A stretch of 59,683 nucleotides of DNA, the filler included, from Squatina squatina (Eukaryota): the NCBI GenBank assembly GCA_031763465.1. It is 4 parts of 4 records of this genome, joined end to end, with 100 filler letters (N's around TTAATTAATTAA, not from the genome) between each part and the next. Parts side by side here need not be neighbours in the genome. Positions count along the whole stretch, not along the records: positions 1 to 13,524 come from JARFOE010000019.1; 3 more parts are not named here. One strand, given 5' to 3'. The notes under the pieces were generated by a model. That model ran no database searches, was not told the origin of the DNA, and saw nothing but the letters and a program-made list of their open reading frames with translations. The position numbers and the translations under genes are program-made. Shown here in pieces: positions 1-13,568 of this stretch. Each line of letters starts with the position of its first letter. Positions within the stretch are counted from its first letter, which is position 1.

Positions 1-239
1 TGGAAGAAAGTCATCCTCGAACCCGAGGGACTGCCTAAGAGAAGAGTTATGATCACATCAATCTTTAGACTGTCGGCCACTGATTGACTGGCAAAAGCAA
101 CTGAAGGAGCTTCTTTTCCAGTTTGGTTCTCACTCCCATATCATGCAATGAACAGCGAGCCAGAGGCAAATGGTCGCACAAAACTTCTTTTTTACTGTGT
201 ATTCTGTACTTTAAAAAGGAGTTACAAGAAATAAAAAAA

Positions 240-635
240 GGAAATTGCATTTATAAAGCACCTTGTCACACCTCACAGAAACATCTACAAAGCACTTTAC
301 ATATATTGAATTACTCTGGAGTGGTGCGTTTGTTTATATGTAGGAAAATTTGGCAGCCATTATGCACAGCCATATGATGAATGATCGATTATTCTGTTTT
401 TGATGATGTTTGCTGAGAGATCCTTGCTCTTTTTGGAATAGTGCAATGGGATCTTTAATGTCTATCCAAATTGGCAGAACAGGCCTCCACTTAATGTTTC
501 ACCTCAGCAATGGCAACGCAACACCCACTCAGCACTGCACAAGACTGTCGGTTTAAATATGCACTCAAATTCTGGAATGGGGCTTGAACCTACAATCTAC
601 CAATCACGGTGCAACCAAATGAGCCAAGCTGACAT
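240..635 (-). mobile_element. tRNA-derived Deu-domain SINE (SacSINE1/AmnSINE1-like), diverged
   Basis: The reverse complement matches the copy at 29706-30022 (AAAGATCCCATTGCACTATT core and a TATAAATGCAA tail), with a tRNA-like head near 570-635. Confidence 0.65.
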
Positions 636-3600
636 TCAAGGGGAAGACAGGGCAATGAGAAATGCTTCAAATTATTTTTCTTACAGTATATTTTAACTGT
701 TTGTATCATACTATAAACTGCCACCCCTCCCTTCTCCCAGCAGTATAATTGTGAAAATTCCCTGTTCCATAGCACATTCAGTCTAACTCCTTATCTTCAA
801 TTGTCGCAAAGCCTCTGCTGAGACCAGTTTTTGAGCAGTCAGGTTTATTTGGGGCTATATCAGCTTTTTGTTGAAGCTGTTGCTAGTTTCATAGATTATG
901 CCACCTGAACTGAAAAGGATTTTTTTCCCCAACTTTTCTGGTTTCCTCAGGGCAGGCCAAATTGTTCACAATTTGCAGCCCACCATTTAGAAGCGAGTAG
1001 GAGTACAGACAGAAGCATTAATTGAAATTGTTCAAATGGGGATTTTGTCATTTAATTAAAAGATCGCTGCACAGGAGTAAATTGCTCTGGAGGCAAATTG
1101 TTCCCAAGCATCATTCTCGCAAGAAAATAACTTCTGTATCTGTTTGGTTTATTTTGGTTGACCAGCAGTGCTGTCAATACTAAGTAATGAATGCACCTTT
1201 ATAATCAGCATNNNNNNNNNNNNNNNNNNNNNNNNNNNNNNNNNNNNNNNNNNNNNNNNNNNNNNNNNNNNNNNNNNNNNNNNNNNNNNNNNNNNNNNNN
1301 NNNNNNNNNNNAACACAGTAGATGACTTTAGCCTCAACTCATCTGAACAGATGGAGTAATCAAAATGGCTTAAGGCAGATGGGTAAACGTGACTATTAAG
1401 CAACAAGTAATATATTGGTTTTAACATATCACAATGCACATTAAGAGCTAGAACCTGCAGAAGATGCTTGTTTCCTCTTACTGTCTCCTTTTTCACTCTG
1501 GTGCATTAAACGTGTTTTATTCATTATCAACGAGCTTGAAGCCAGAAAGAGAAATCCTGATAGAGGAACCGACAACTATATTATCTGTTCCAGCCCTCCT
1601 GCTCAAGTCTCTCTATTCCATATTGCATTGCTGATATTAACAATGCAGTTAGCTTTTGAACTGTGATTTTCTATATGCATCAATTTTTACATAGTGCAAC
1701 AGCTACTGTGGAGGGAATTATAATGCTGTAATTCAAGGATTTGGAGGACACAATGAACTGTGAATATACCACTCAAACAGTTTAGTGACAGGAGCAAACA
1801 ACAGACTTGAATTTCAACCTTTACTTTCCTCTATTAGAAATTTCTTCATGTTAGAACAAGGTTAAGATAAAACAAAGAAAAATCGAAGTTACTGGTATGA
1901 AGAAATTGAGAAGACCTGAATTTTTGAAAACAGTACCACCATTTCAACATCTGTTCAATATGTAGCTGAAGCAGATTATCACCAGTACAACAGGATTCAC
2001 AGGAGCGATGTTTATTTCCTGTTTTAGTTTCAACTATGGCTCAGTGAGCTCCATGGCTTGCATTTACACCAAATTACTCTTGGTACAATAAAGTAGAGGT
2101 GCAGAATTTGAGGGGAAATGCTCACAATCACAGTTGTAGTATAAAACTAACTACATTTTTAACAAGAATGGGGAGCATGCAGTTTAGCCGCAATAAAAGG
2201 TGCAATATGCTGCATCATTGGTTTGACTTCCTTATTTCTTCTTGGCTGTACTGCAGGGTCATGTTTTACAGTGAACAACCACCAAGGTTCAGTTGACATT
2301 TATGAAGAATGCACGAGCACACAGCAGTGAGAATTAACAACATGAACGAATGAAAAAGTGTCCTTTTTACTAAAAGCAAGTTATGATAAATATAGCATAG
2401 AAATATAAAACATTTTATTACTACGAGAAATATATTGCTCATTCTAGTATTGAATATCTGAAGAATATGACCAAGTTATGAACACTCCTCATTCAAACCT
2501 GCATAGGTTAATGAGAACATGTTAAATCCCAGTTGCCTTATAATTGTAATTACGTGTTTCTATGGTCACTTGTAAGCTTATTGCATAAAACAAGCTATCG
2601 CAAGATAAGCTTGATCATTTGTGTTTCACAATTCTTGAATCTATTCAGCAGTTATATATAGTTAATCCTTTTCCAAGTGTCTGAGACAAGTCTCTTCCCT
2701 GCAACAGGGTGGGCTTTTATCAAACCGACTGACACCACCAAACCAACTTTTTCTGAATCTCAAGTTCACAAAATAACGCAGGTCTTCTCGTGCATGGAGA
2801 GAATGTTTAGCAAGATTTGGATTCCAAACACCATCCCTAGGAAGTTAAGAGCCTTTCTTGCAAAAAACAAAATTTAGGATTGATTGCAAAAATATTTTCT
2901 TGATCCTCAGGCATACTGGATTCTCACAGTTCCCATACAATGCAATCCACTTAGAGTGTCACACCTACATTTAACATTTTAAACTGGAAACACCCATTAC
3001 AAGTAACCTTCCAAACACAAGAGCAAATATGATTTCCAAACCCAATATATGTATTTAAATATCAAAATGAAGAAAAAGTTGAAGCAATAAGGTTCTGCTC
3101 TTTGCACACAGGACATGATGCACTATGTATGTTCAGACACATCAATACTATATCGTTTAGTTCTAAGACTAGTGAGCTGTCCTTTGTCAGTTGCATAATG
3201 AACAAATGTAATGTCAAACATCCACTGGACAGCTAAACATCAGGCTGGGGCCCTGGATGAGATGTACATGGATCTAATGCACTCGAATGTTTTGAAACAC
3301 TATCCCTTTTTCTGAGAAAAATTTCCGATTGTTATTTTCTGTGAAAAACAAACTCCAGTAAATGCTTGTGCGTTAGAGGACATGTCAGCCCGATTACACA
3401 ATCTGATGCTGATTTTCAGGACTGTTCTTTGAAACACCGATACAGGATACCATGGAAACAAACACATCAAAATAGGCAATGTCCTATTATGGAGATTGCA
3501 GAGATAAAGTAAACAATAAAAAATAANNNNNNNNNNNNNNNNNNNNNNNNNNNNNNNNNNNNNNNNNNNNNNNNNNNNNNNNNNNNNNNNNNNNNNNNNN

Positions 3601-4274
3601 NNNNNNNNNNNNNNNNNNNNNNNNNNAGGACATTGAAGTATAGTTTCCTGTTCCTGCGGCTGAGCATATTGGATCACTTGGGTACAAAGCATAGAGGAAA
3701 ATCGGGCAGGAAAGAATACACCCATTTTTCTCTCATTTAAATGAATGGACGGATAATCAGGCTAGCTCCCTTAAAGGCATGTGATCCTTACTACCTGATT
3801 TTCCTCTGTGTACTGTGTCCAGAAAATCCTTTGCACCCAAGCACAAGAATAGGAAGGTCAGCCCTGCTTTCATTTTAATATTTTTAAACTCACTTTGCTC
3901 GTGCAATAACTCCTTCTTGACAATGATTCTTACCATTCAATTTGAATATTAAAGTACAGTGCCTGTACTTTAATAAAGTCCATAAACCAAAAATAGATCA
4001 CCTAATAGGAATAAAGATCTACCAAATGGAATTGTCCTTTTCACCATCTCCAACTATGAAGGTAGGCAACCTATTTACAGATCTCCAGCTATGCAGGTCT
4101 GCAATTTTCAGTTTACTTCATCTGTTAAGATTCAGTATTATTCTACTGCATATCTATATTTTCCGGATAACTGAATGTGGATTATCACTGATCAACAAAT
4201 TGCATACATTCTAATCACTTGTTAACCCAGTGGTGTGGATATAGTGCATCAATCACCAGGAGCTGAGTTGCAAA

Positions 4275-4725
4275 TGGAGTGTAGCTCTATACAGAGTGTG
4301 GGAATTTGTTAAGTGAGGGAATTGGGTGCAGTGAGGGAGGGGTGCATTGCACACTTGGTATTAAATGGCAGGAAAAGTTTATAAGGTCAGTGCGGCATAC
4401 CTTCATTGAGTCCAGAGACGGAGCTCCAGAGGTGACGTCAGGGTTCAAAAAGTGACACATAGCAGGGGATGCAGCTGATTGGTGAGTTGGATCAGGTGAG
4501 TATCTCTACTACTTCTACAGTTCAATAGTTGAAGTAAAAATAAAAGTAAGGTCTATAGTTGGTGGAAGTAGTGTTTAGAGTGAAATAAGGTCCCTAGTGT
4601 AATTAATATTCTTTAATTTAGAGAAAGTAAAGGGAGTAATTTAAGGGTAAGTCATGGCAGGACAGCTCGGTCACGTGGAATGCTCCTTCTGTGCAATGTG
4701 GGAAGCCAGGTACACTTCCAGTGTT
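4275..4725 (+). mobile_element. CR1/L3 LINE 5' UTR and start of ORF1 (CxxC zinc-finger N-terminus)
   Basis: The ATG at 4654 gives MAGQLGHVECSFCAMWEARYTSSV, typical of chondrichthyan CR1 ORF1 starts. The upstream G-rich leader has TGACGTCA at 4433-4440 and an ATTGG. Confidence 0.7.
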
Positions 4726-5892
4726 CTCACCTACAGTATTAACATTTAACATGTTGTCAGCAGTAAGTTCAATATCTACATTTTCATTATTTGAGCCACT
4801 TTCGTCAATTGTTGGGGTCCCAGGCATTTCTTCTATGGTCCCAGACACTGAATTTACATTATTTACTGTTCCTGAAGAGACCAACCTACCACATTTAATC
4901 AACGAAGATCGTGTTGCCTTGGAGGCAGAGGAAGAAGCATAAAATGGAGATGTGGGGCAACTAGGAAGCTGAGACTTTTTCAAGGCAGATGATGGTGCTT
5001 TTAGGGATGGTCTACTGGAAGTGCGTTTGCAAAGTAATTCACCTGTGCTTGAGCTATCTGTGCCCCTTGTATTGCCATAGCAAAGAACATTTGATTTTAA
5101 GGGAAGACTTGTTCTCATTTGCTGTCTCAGACAAGACCTAGAAATATCTGCAGCCTTTGAAAAGGACAAAGATCTTGGTATTATATCAGTGCCACAAAAG
5201 TTACGTTGTATGGAATATGAAAAGCTCTGTGACCTAACAATGTTCTCATCTGATAGGTTCTTCAGGCTCTCTGTAGATTGGGTAAGACTGTCTTTTGAAC
5301 TGCTTGATCCAGAGAAAGTCCCTTCTTGTTCAGACATCTTTACAACTGCTGTTTTATGAAAATGGCCAATTGACTGGGACCTTGAGATTTGTGAGGCGGT
5401 GAATGACTTTCCCAGCATTTTACCACCGTTTCCTTTTGTGGAATGATTTAAGCCAGCCACAAGGATTTTATTTTCCTCTACGTAAGGTACAATCGGCTGC
5501 TGTCTTTGATGCCTGGATGCTGCAGCAGATTTACCCTTAAAGCCCAAGTCTGTGTGATCTTTGACAAGAGGAACCTTAGAATAAGAGTTTCTTTCAATTT
5601 TAACAAGTTCTTCTTTAGTAACAGNNNNNNNNNNNNNNNNNNNNNNNNNNNNNNNNNNNNNNNNACCAGGTTTAGTTTTGACAGACTTTTTCCAGTTGAA
5701 AGAAAAGGCACCCGCACGACTAGTCCCATTCTGCTTGTCGCCAAGTTTTGAACTGCTACAAGCACTGACACTGCGAACACAGGCTCCATTCGATACAGGT
5801 CGGGGAAGAGTCTCACTTAGTTTAGAGGTTCCACCACCAAACTTGGGCAATCTCGAAACAGAGGCAGGTTTGCTCTGTGTTTTTCCTTCCAT
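4725..5892 (-). CDS. CCSER2: Coiled-coil serine-rich protein 2, first coding exon (partial, 3' end replaced by CR1 sequence)
   Basis: MEGKTQSK..SRLPKFG, SFNWKK, IVRSQSFSYSIQ and RSLSFSKA match CCSER2 (MEEKTQIK..SKLPKYG, SFNWRK, MVRSQSFSHSIQ). The splice acceptor is ttttatcttgtag|G at 5931. The frame is kept across the 40-N gap. Confidence 0.85.
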
Positions 5893-8252
5893 TAGCCAGC
5901 AGACACTTCCAGTTCCTCATGTACTTGCAACCTACAAGATAAAAAAAATTAATTTGTATAAATTTACATTAAACAAATCTACCCTCCCACCATCCCCAAT
6001 CTTAAACCCATATATCTATTCCAAATAAAGAATAAGCATACTGATAGATTATTCACTGAAATATATTATTGTCTCCTATATGTGCCAAAAAATACAAATG
6101 GCAAGAGCATAAGACAACATTGTAAAACTTATTTGCATATTTATTTTAAGTAATTCCATTCATAAACATGCAGAGCATGGAATTAACTATTTCACTTCAG
6201 CAGGACTTTCCACCTATTTCCAGTTATGCAACTCTTACATTCTTTGCTTAGAGCCAGAGACAGGAGTGTTGCCTACTGAACAAGACAATTAAGCAGTAAT
6301 GTATNNNNNNNNNNNNNNNNNNNNNNNNNNNNNNNNNNNNNNNNNNNNNNNNNNNNNNNNNNNNNNNNNNNNNNNNNNNNNNNNNNNNNNNNNNNNNNNN
6401 NNNNTGACTAGGGTAGAGAGACAAGAAACCAAGATAACTAAGTATGAGGGATCTGTGTAACAAATAAGGATGATAGAAATTGGAATAATCATCTTTGAAG
6501 AAAACTTCCACGGACCTAATTAAGGTTTTGCAAATTAGACAATGATCAATCTAATTGCTCATTAAATTGAGGTTTAAAATACCTGGGGACAAGTTAAAAA
6601 TTGGTTTGTTAATTCTGCTGCTGGCCACATTGCTCGGGACACTTCAGTGTAGAACTAAGCTATACAGAACAGGAAAGTTCAGAGGATAATACAGCACTCA
6701 CTCCGATACTGAGACTGCAACAGCCCCAAACCCCCACCCGTAGAAAACAGTTGAACAAGGTATTGGTGGGACATTTGCCACATTTGATGCATGGGCTGAG
6801 CCTGGACATGGGAAAACAGCAGTGTAGATCCCTTCCTGTATGNNNNNNNNNNAGGAACCGGGACACAGCAGCTCCCTCCCGCCTCACCTCTGAGCTCCCA
6901 CGTGGATCTTGCCATTCCGGAACTGGTGCAGGAAGCCCTGGAGCAACTGATGGCCAGGACCAGCCCAGCAACTTTCTGTGCTAAATATTCCCCAAAAACA
7001 AAGGCAAGGGGGCCTCAACACACCCTTTCTGCTCGATCCAAGCCTTCTGTCATCATTTGACTTTATCCCTGCAAATAGCGCCATTCAAATGTACAGACAA
7101 TGCATTCGTTATATGTATCCACAATGCAACCTATATTGGACTGTGACCTGGGAAAGCATGTTTTTCTGTTTCAGACACAACAGTGCTAATATTGTACTAT
7201 AGAAACAAAGCTGCTTCCACTTACCCAAATCAATAACCTAATCAGAACCCAATTACCTGACTCCATCAAACAGGGGTGTTTCATTCTCGATCAGTGGTTT
7301 CCCCTTCCCTCTTACAAGTGAGGGACCTCTCTCCCAGAATTGGGTCTGCCACCTGTTTATCATGTACAAGGAACTCATTCTGTTCATCACATTAAGTAAT
7401 AAAATTTCCTTTGATTATTTGAATGACATACAGCACACTTTATACATGTGTTTCATCTAACAATAGGGCTGCCTGCTAACAGAGAATTTTGGTGCACTAC
7501 CCTGCTGAGAAAGCTTCTTGTTTCAGTAGCTGCCTGCAGAACAAACATGCCAGAAATCGGATATGTTCCCAGAGAGGAGAGAGGTTGGGGGAGAAAAGTC
7601 AACATAAGCTGTTCTCAACCACATCCTGACAGTTGGTTGAAAAGGCCACACTGGTAAGAGCGCTCTGTTCTCTGAATCAGTGAAAGGTGAACTCCAAACT
7701 AAAATTAACTGAGCCTGCTGGCAGTTCATGTAGACTAAGGTGCCTCGACTGGGATGATTTGCCAGTTCTCAGTTATGCCAGTGAATGGAGAACCATTTCA
7801 CAATGAATCAGCAAAGGAGGGAGGCATTTAAAGCACTTGACTGGTAAGCATGCCCTCTCCTATTAGACTACAAGTTCCTCACCTCTCTCAAGGTAGATTT
7901 TAATCCATTAACTCAATTTGGCCGATATTCATTTTGCTGTGTGTAAAGTCAATTTGGATGAGTTTTAAAAGAAAATTAACGGACAGGGAAACATTTTAGA
8001 AAATAACAAGGGAAATGAAGAAAATTCAAAATGACTCTTGCACTGGCAAGGACACAAGTCTAAATAATTTTTTAGCATTATTCACAAGGCTTATAAGCAA
8101 GGCACTGTTCTATAATATGTTACAATTGCTGGTTTGTAAACAATGCCTGTGNNNNNNNNNNNNNNNNNNNNNNNNNNNNNNNNNNNNNNNNNNNNNNNNN
8201 NNNNNNNNNNNNNNNNNNNNNNNNNNNNNNNNNNNNNNNNNNNNNNNNNNNA

Positions 8253-10290
8253 TGTATTGATTCCCGTTGAAAGTTATTGTTGAATCTACTTCCACCACCT
8301 TTTCAAGCAGTGCATTCCAGATCATCATCACTCGCTGCGTAAAAAAATCTCATCTCAGCTCTAGTACTTTTGCCAATCAGCTGTTTACCGACCCTTCTGC
8401 CACTGAAAACAGGTCCTCCTTTTTCATTCCATCAAAAACCCTTCATGATTTTGAACATTTCTATTAGATCTTCCCATACCATTCTGTGCTCTGAGAAGAA
8501 CAACCCCAGCTATCCACGTAACTGAAGTTCCATACCTGGCAACATTCTAGTAAATCTCCTCTGCACCCTCTCTAAGGTCTTGACATCCTTTCTAAAGTAC
8601 GGTGCCCAGAATTGGACACAATACTCCAGCTGAGGCTGAATCTAGAGATTTATAAAGATTTAGCATAACTTCCTTGCTTTTGTTCTCTATTTCTCTATTA
8701 ATAAATCCATTTTAACAGCCTTCTCAACTTGATCTGCCACCTTCAAAGATCTGTGTCAGTAAATCCCCAGGTCTCTCTGTTCCTGCACCCCCATTAAAAT
8801 TGTACCCTTTAGTTTATATTGCTTCTCCTCACTCTTCCTTCCAAAATGTATAATTTCACACTTCTCTGCATTAAATTTCATCTGCCATGTGTCTGGCCAT
8901 TTCACCAGTCTGTCTATATCCTCTTCGTCTGTTACTCGCCACCCCAATGTTTACTACGTTTCTGAGTATTGTTCCACCTGCAAACTTTGAAATTATGCCC
9001 CGTGTACCCAAGTCCAGGTTATTAATATATATCAAAAAGAGCAATGGTCCTAATACCGACAGCAGGGGCACACCACTCGGTTTGAAAAACAACCGCTCAC
9101 CATTACTCTCTACCTTCTGCCCCTTTGCCAATTTCATATTCATGCTGCCACTGTCCCTTTAATCCTTCAATTTTGATAACTAGTCTGTTGTGTGGTAAAT
9201 TTTCAAACGTCTTTTGAAAGTCCATATTTACAACGTCAACCGCACTACTTTCATCAATCCTCTGCATTACTGCATCAAAGAACTCAATCAGGTTAGTCAA
9301 ACATAATTTGCCTTTAACAAATCCGTGTTGGTTGTCATTTATGAACCCAGATTTTTCCAACGACAATTAATATTGTCATGGATTATTGACTCTAAAAGTT
9401 ACTCTACCACCGACGTTAGGCTGATTGGCCTGTAGCTGCCGAATTCATCCCTTTCCCATTTTTGAACACTGGTGTAATATTTGCAAACCTCCAGTCTTCT
9501 GGCATCACTTACATATCTAAGGAGGATTATATTGCAGCCAGAGCCTCTGTAATTTCCACCCTTACTTCTCTCAATAACCAAGGATGTATCCCATCTGGAC
9601 CAGGTGACTATTCTACTTTGAATAATGCCAAACCTTGGGGCCGAAATTGAGCTCCGAGGGGTGCCAATGGAACGTCAGAGACCAAATGGAGCCAGCAGGC
9701 AGCCATCTCGCCTCCCGGGAAATTCTGCTGGGGTGCAAAGGCCTTTGCGCCTGGCCAGCTGAATTTCGTGGCGGGTCGGCGCGTGACGACATCAAAACAC
9801 ATGCCGAGCCACACCGTGCAGCCGTTTGCATCCCATGGGCAAAATTCACCCGCAGGAGGCGGCCGCAGAGCGGAGCGGTTGCAGTGACAGTGAAACCTGT
9901 CGCTACAACGGGGCTGTTAAAGGGGAGGGCGACTGTCTCCACCTCCGGCCGCCTTCTTTATTTTTTGGCCGACTTCGTCATCGGCTGGATCGGGCCACTA
10001 TTCCCGGTCGCTGGCGTCCCTAGGTGCTGTCAGGATGGCCGACGGCCCTCCCCTTTAAGGGAGGCCTGGCTGTGTTGCTGACGCCAGCGCGCTGTGTGCT
10101 GACGTGACGTTACAGACGCCGCTGGCGTGCTGCTGAAGCCACGCCACCGGTGTCCAAGGCCTGCCGCCACAGTAGCGACCTGGATCGCTGAATTTTAAGG
10201 AGGGGCGGGACAGAGAAATGCTGGCTCCCGCCCCGTGCGCATTTGCAACATGGCGAGACTGAATCTAGCCCCTCCTCTTTATCTATTTTC
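8253..10290 (-). mobile_element. CR1 LINE ORF2 (RT) to near the 3' end, decayed and interrupted by a MITE
   Basis: Translated pieces include KIDKEE, YRPISLTSVV, QHGFVKGKLCLTNLIEFF, MDFQKTF, SVLGPLLFLIYINNLD and WQMKFNAEKCEIIHFG, with many frameshifts and stops. Confidence 0.9.
9637..10272. mobile_element. GC-rich non-autonomous TIR element (Harbinger-like MITE) nested in a CR1
   Basis: Imperfect TIRs GGGGCCGAAATTGAG and CTGAATCTAGCCCC. It is homologous, in inverted orientation, to 23333-23847 (shared GCCATCTC.CCTCC.GG and CCGTTTGCATCCCATGGG blocks). CR1 sequence resumes on both sides. Confidence 0.75.
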
Positions 10291-10292
10291 CC

Positions 10293-11375
10293 AAAGCCCA
10301 TAAAATGACAGTGGCAGCTTGGATACAAAATTTGCTAAGGGACAGAAAGCAAAGAGTAGTGGTGAACGCTTGTTTTTCAGACTGGAGGGAAGTAGACTGC
10401 TGTCCCCTAGGGACTAGTATTTTGACCACTACTCTTTTGAGAGCAGTATTAATGATAATAATCTTGGGTATACAGGGCATAATTTCAAAGTCTGGAGAGG
10501 GCACGAAACTCAGAAATGTAGCAAACAGTGAGGAGGATAGTAAAAGACTTCAGGAATAGATAGACAGGCTAGTGAAAAGGGCAGACATGTGGCAGGTGAA
10601 ATTTAGCGCAGAAAAGCATGAAGTGATTAGTTTGGTAAGAAGAATGAGGAGAGGGAATATGAATAAAATGGTACAATTTTAAAGTGGGTGCAGGATAGAG
10701 AGACCTGTGGGTCTTAGCAGATGGCAGGAAAGGTTGAGAAGGCTGTTAAAAACGCATATCAGACCCATGGCGTTATAAATAGAGGCGTAAAGTACAAAAG
10801 CAAGGAAGTTGTGCTAAACCTTTATAATACACTGGTTCGGCTCCAGCTGGAGCATTGTAGCTACTTCTGGGCACCTTACTTTCGGAAGTATGTCAAGGTG
10901 TTAGAGTGTGCGCAAAAGAGATTTACTAGAATGGTACCGGGGGTGAGGGACTTTAGTTGCTGGAGTTGTTCTCATTAGAGCAGAGAATTTTAAGAGGTGA
11001 GTTGATAAAAGTGTTCAAAATCATGAAGGGTTTCGATAAGAGTAAATAAGGAGAAAATGTTTCCAGTGGTAGAAGGGTCGGTAGCCAGAGGGTACATATT
11101 TGAAGTAATTGGTTAAAGAACCAGCGGTGGGATGAGGAAAAAAAGAATTGCGCAGTGTGCTGTTATGATCTGGAATGCATTGCCTGAAAGGGTGGTGGAA
11201 GCAGATTCAACAGCAGTGTTCAAAAAGGAATTAGCTAAATACTTGAAGGGAAGAACTTGCAGGGCTATGGGGAAAGAGCAGGGGAGTGGCACTATAGGAT
11301 AACTCTTCCAATGAGCTGGAACTGGTATGATGGGCCGAATGACCTCCTTCTGTGAGTGTATCATTCTATGATTTG
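10293..11375 (+). mobile_element. CR1 LINE, 5'-truncated, RT C-terminal part to 3' tail
   Basis: TVAAWIQNLLRDRKQRVVVN, YKSKEVVLNLYNTLVR and QKRFTRMVPG, ending in the 3' tail GGGCCGAATGACCTCCTTCTGTG..ATTCTATGAT. Confidence 0.9.
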
Positions 11376-11687
11376 ATGAGCGTTCCTCCTTTTAGCCTAA
11401 GATTATAGAAGTATTGAATGTTTCATCTCCAATTTGTTAAGAGCTTCGGGCTCCCCTCATTGGAGTAGCGGGGTGCTCCTTTAGTTTTCCACGTGGCACC
11501 TCTGCTGCATCTCTACAGGCATCGCGCACCCTGATTTCTAAAATAACCTCATCCTTGGGGTTTGGAACAGGGTCATTGAGCTTAGTCNNNNNNNNNNNNN
11601 NNNNNNNNNNNNNNNNNNNNNNNNNNNNNNNNNNNNNNNNNNNNNNNNNNNNNNNNNNNNNNNNNNNNNNNNNNNNNNNNNNNNNNN

Positions 11688-11880
11688 ACCTAGCTTTGGT
11701 ATCATCAAACTTGGAGATATTACATTTGGTCCCCTCATCCGAATCAATAATAGATTGTGAATAGCTGATGCCCAAGAACTGATCCTTGCGGTACCCCACT
11801 AGTTACAGTCTGTCAACCTGAAAATGACCCGCTTATTCCTACCCTCTGTTTTCTGTCCGTTAACCAATCTTCAACCCATG
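11688..11880 (-). mobile_element. CR1 RT fragment
   Basis: The minus strand gives RKQRVGISGSFSG..VTSGVPQGS and CNISKF.DDTK-like motifs. Confidence 0.75.
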
Positions 11881-12974
11881 AGCATGCGTCCCATTCAAGA
11901 ATGCAGTCACCCACACTGCCAGATACAAGTGAATCTCTCCTTTACAGATGCACTGCTAGGCTAAGACTGAATTATAAACCGGACGGCAGATCTGATGAGA
12001 CATTTGGAAAGAAATGTATTTATTGCATCAAAATTTAATGTCCCGTTTACAACAGCACATTCTGTTTTATGTTCTGTTTTACAGCAGGCTGCAAAAAAAT
12101 CAGCATGGAAATCCAATCCAATAAATAGGAGCTGGAAGATACAAAGTTTATCCAGGAAAAAAAAGGCTATGGAAAGGTGTATTGATACTGGAACACCACT
12201 GTTCATTTCACTTGTAATGGATACAATAGCAGTAAAATACTCCTTCCCCCAAATCCCATCACAAAGTCTTGCAATCACAAAGCTTACAATCAGAACACAA
12301 GGCTGATGACACAGGAAGGATTAAATTACGTTTTTCCTTCTTGGGTTTGATGTGTTTAGTTGGATAATGCTTGGGACTCTAGATTATGGTGCAGGGCAGA
12401 AGAGGAGGTCGTCAGTGACTCTGCACAGGGCAGTCTGAGAATGTCTCTGCTGGACGCTCCCTTCGCTGATTAGTTAATAAAATCTGAAACACAAAAATAC
12501 TGACATTNNNNNNNNNNNNNNNNNNNNNNNNNNNNNNNNNNNNNNNNNNNNNNNNNNNNNNNNNNNNNNNNNNNNNNNNNNNNNNNNNNNNNNNNNNNNN
12601 NNNNNNNCAAGCAAAGAATTAAGATTTGTGACAGACTGACGCTAACATACACAAAGACAGCCAATTTAAGCGAGAGCACTGGTACTCGAAAGCAGCATAC
12701 TGTGGAAGGGCAAGGCACATGTTCACTTCCACATGGCAAGCACCCAATCTCAGCCATGTCGCCTGAGGATGATTTAGGCTTCACAATTCCCCAGGCGGGG
12801 GAGATGAATATTGAAGAATCGGCTCCCTGGCAAAGGAATGGCGAGTGGCATGAGCAAAAAGGAGAACGCAAATCGGCAACACACTAAACTCAAATCTCTG
12901 TACTTTTCTAAAATATTTATAGATCGATTAATAAATGGCTACAAATTGAAAGCGGTTTTATGGCATTTTCTCAC

Positions 12975-13120
12975 CTGAATTTGAGCTCCACTATCTTCAT
13001 TCAACTTATCGTCATGTTTGAACTCTACAGTAATGGTTTTATCACAGTCTAATGCAGCCAGCTCCACATCAGTTGTGTTGCTCATATAGAACGAGCCAAA
13101 GAAATCAGTTGCTCGAATCC
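12975..13120 (-). CDS. SEC24C: SEC24C (COPII cargo adaptor) internal exon, 146 nt
   Basis: Splice sites ttttattccag| and |gtgaga. It encodes (G)[48 protein letters not shown], and [11 protein letters not shown] favours SEC24C over SEC24D. It is absent from the ORF track because it is under 60 aa. Confidence 0.92.
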
Positions 13121-13568
13121 CTGGAATAAAAGAACATTTTTGACATTATTGCAATTAGAGGCAAAACCAAACTGAGAAACAAGCGGTCTTTTATAACAAG
13201 GTTCTGTGGTCACAGACGTAACAAACTAAATTTCAAGGTTATTTCTGCGGACAAACTATCCTTTCATACGAATACATTTGAAAAAAAACACTAGCACGTC
13301 CCATATCACTCACAAGGATACAGAGAGCTAAAATGCATCGAGTGGCCTCAACCTGCAATTCGAGTTAATGGGGCTGGTTTACACAGGGAATTCTCATTGC
13401 CACTGATTACACAGGCACCCAGAATGCTACATGTTGACACAAGAAGTGAAACCAAAAATTGCAACAAGAGGAAATGAGCATTTAGCAATGAGTGCATATT
13501 TCAAATAAAGCTGGATGTTAAATTNNNNNNNNNNNNNNNNNNNNNNNNNNNNNNNNNNNNNNNNNNNN

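Noticed and set aside
6880-7070. LVQEALEQLMART on + (ABC-transporter-like) and a GAG|gtgagg donor on - (possible CCSER2 5' exon)
   Set aside because: There are no flanking ABC motifs, and the segment is separated from CCSER2 by a gap. Support is insufficient.
9613-10328. GC-rich ORFs or CpG-island promoter (also 23304-23816)
   Set aside because: They lie within TIR-bounded MITEs present in two copies.
11437-11587. Coding-like minus-strand peptide TKLNDPVPNPKDEVILEIRVRD
   Set aside because: It is short, truncated by a gap, followed by stops, and belongs to no recognisable family.
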